DNA of 64,000 nt from Sarea resinae (Eukaryota). A program made the position numbers and the translations under genes. This document shows, piece after piece, positions 63,544 through 64,000 of this stretch. The stretch covers positions 62,001 to 126,000 of the forward strand of contig JAPEUD010000029.1 in NCBI GenBank assembly GCA_026026165.1, read 5' to 3'. Every line of letters starts with the position of its first letter. Position 1 is the first letter of the stretch. A model generated the notes under the pieces. That model did not search any database. It saw only the letters and a program-made list of their open reading frames with translations, and was not told the DNA's origin.

Positions 63544-64000
63544 CTTTGCGCCATAGACCTGCGGTCGGTGAAGGATGCGCTGGAATCGAGATGCCCTTCT
63601 GTCGAGAGACGTGCGATGTGTGATTGTCGATTCAAGAGTAAGCAGAGAGTAAGCGGATGATGATGATGATGTTGATACCCGCTGTAGCTTATGATGATTG
63701 CCGACCCTTATCTTTGGTCTTATCATCTGGTTCGGTATTAATCCTCGTTGACGTGGGACAGACATGCATGCGATACGCAGTTCAGTTCAGCCTGAATGCA
63801 ATGTTAATGCCAGCCAAAGGGTCAATACTCGTATTGCGTGCCCCGATGTTCATCAACTGCCGTGGTATTTTACGATGGGATTCAGACAGCATGTTGCATG
63901 GATCGCCAGGACGTGGGGTACCCGTATGGAGGGCTTTTTATATCGATAATGTCTAGCCATTGACCCTCGATAATCTCTTTCTCACCCTCAAGATCGTGTC

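Noticed and set aside
63544..63765. Upstream in-frame extension of the 2OG oxygenase ORF
   Set aside because: It is low complexity and lies outside the domain; AAGATGG at 63543 just before DIOX_N is the more plausible start.

Overview
This is gene-dense, spliced eukaryotic DNA from a filamentous ascomycete (Pezizomycotina). It has short GT-AG introns with CTRAC/YTAAC branch points and many microsatellites. About 22 protein-coding genes can be assembled: an APH-like protein, ecdysoneless/SGT1, Pcp1/Spc110-type spindle pole body protein, eIF3k, TSR4, an orphan ORF, SRO7/77, ASF1, RNA14, an intron-rich Argonaute, a Ras-like GTPase, White collar-1, a group II PLP decarboxylase, NOP9, RRP1, a small C2H2 protein, an INA17-like protein, RAMP4/YSY6, FMP25, COG3 and a 2OG-Fe(II) oxygenase. 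Several of these are split into small exons and are missed or fragmented by the ORF track. The most notable items are: (1) a box C/D snoRNA with two rRNA guide sequences inside eIF3k intron 1; (2) an Argonaute with about 17 coding introns, one GC-AG intron, and an apparent TATA promoter inside its first coding intron that would give two N-terminal isoforms; (3) a decayed DUF6594 gene; (4) an APH-fold protein lacking its catalytic aspartates; (5) a head-to-head NOP9/RRP1 ribosome-biogenesis pair. I found no CRISPR array, tRNA, rRNA or intact transposon, and I cannot support a novel multi-gene system here. Exon boundaries were inferred by eye and family assignments come from recalled motifs, not database searches.
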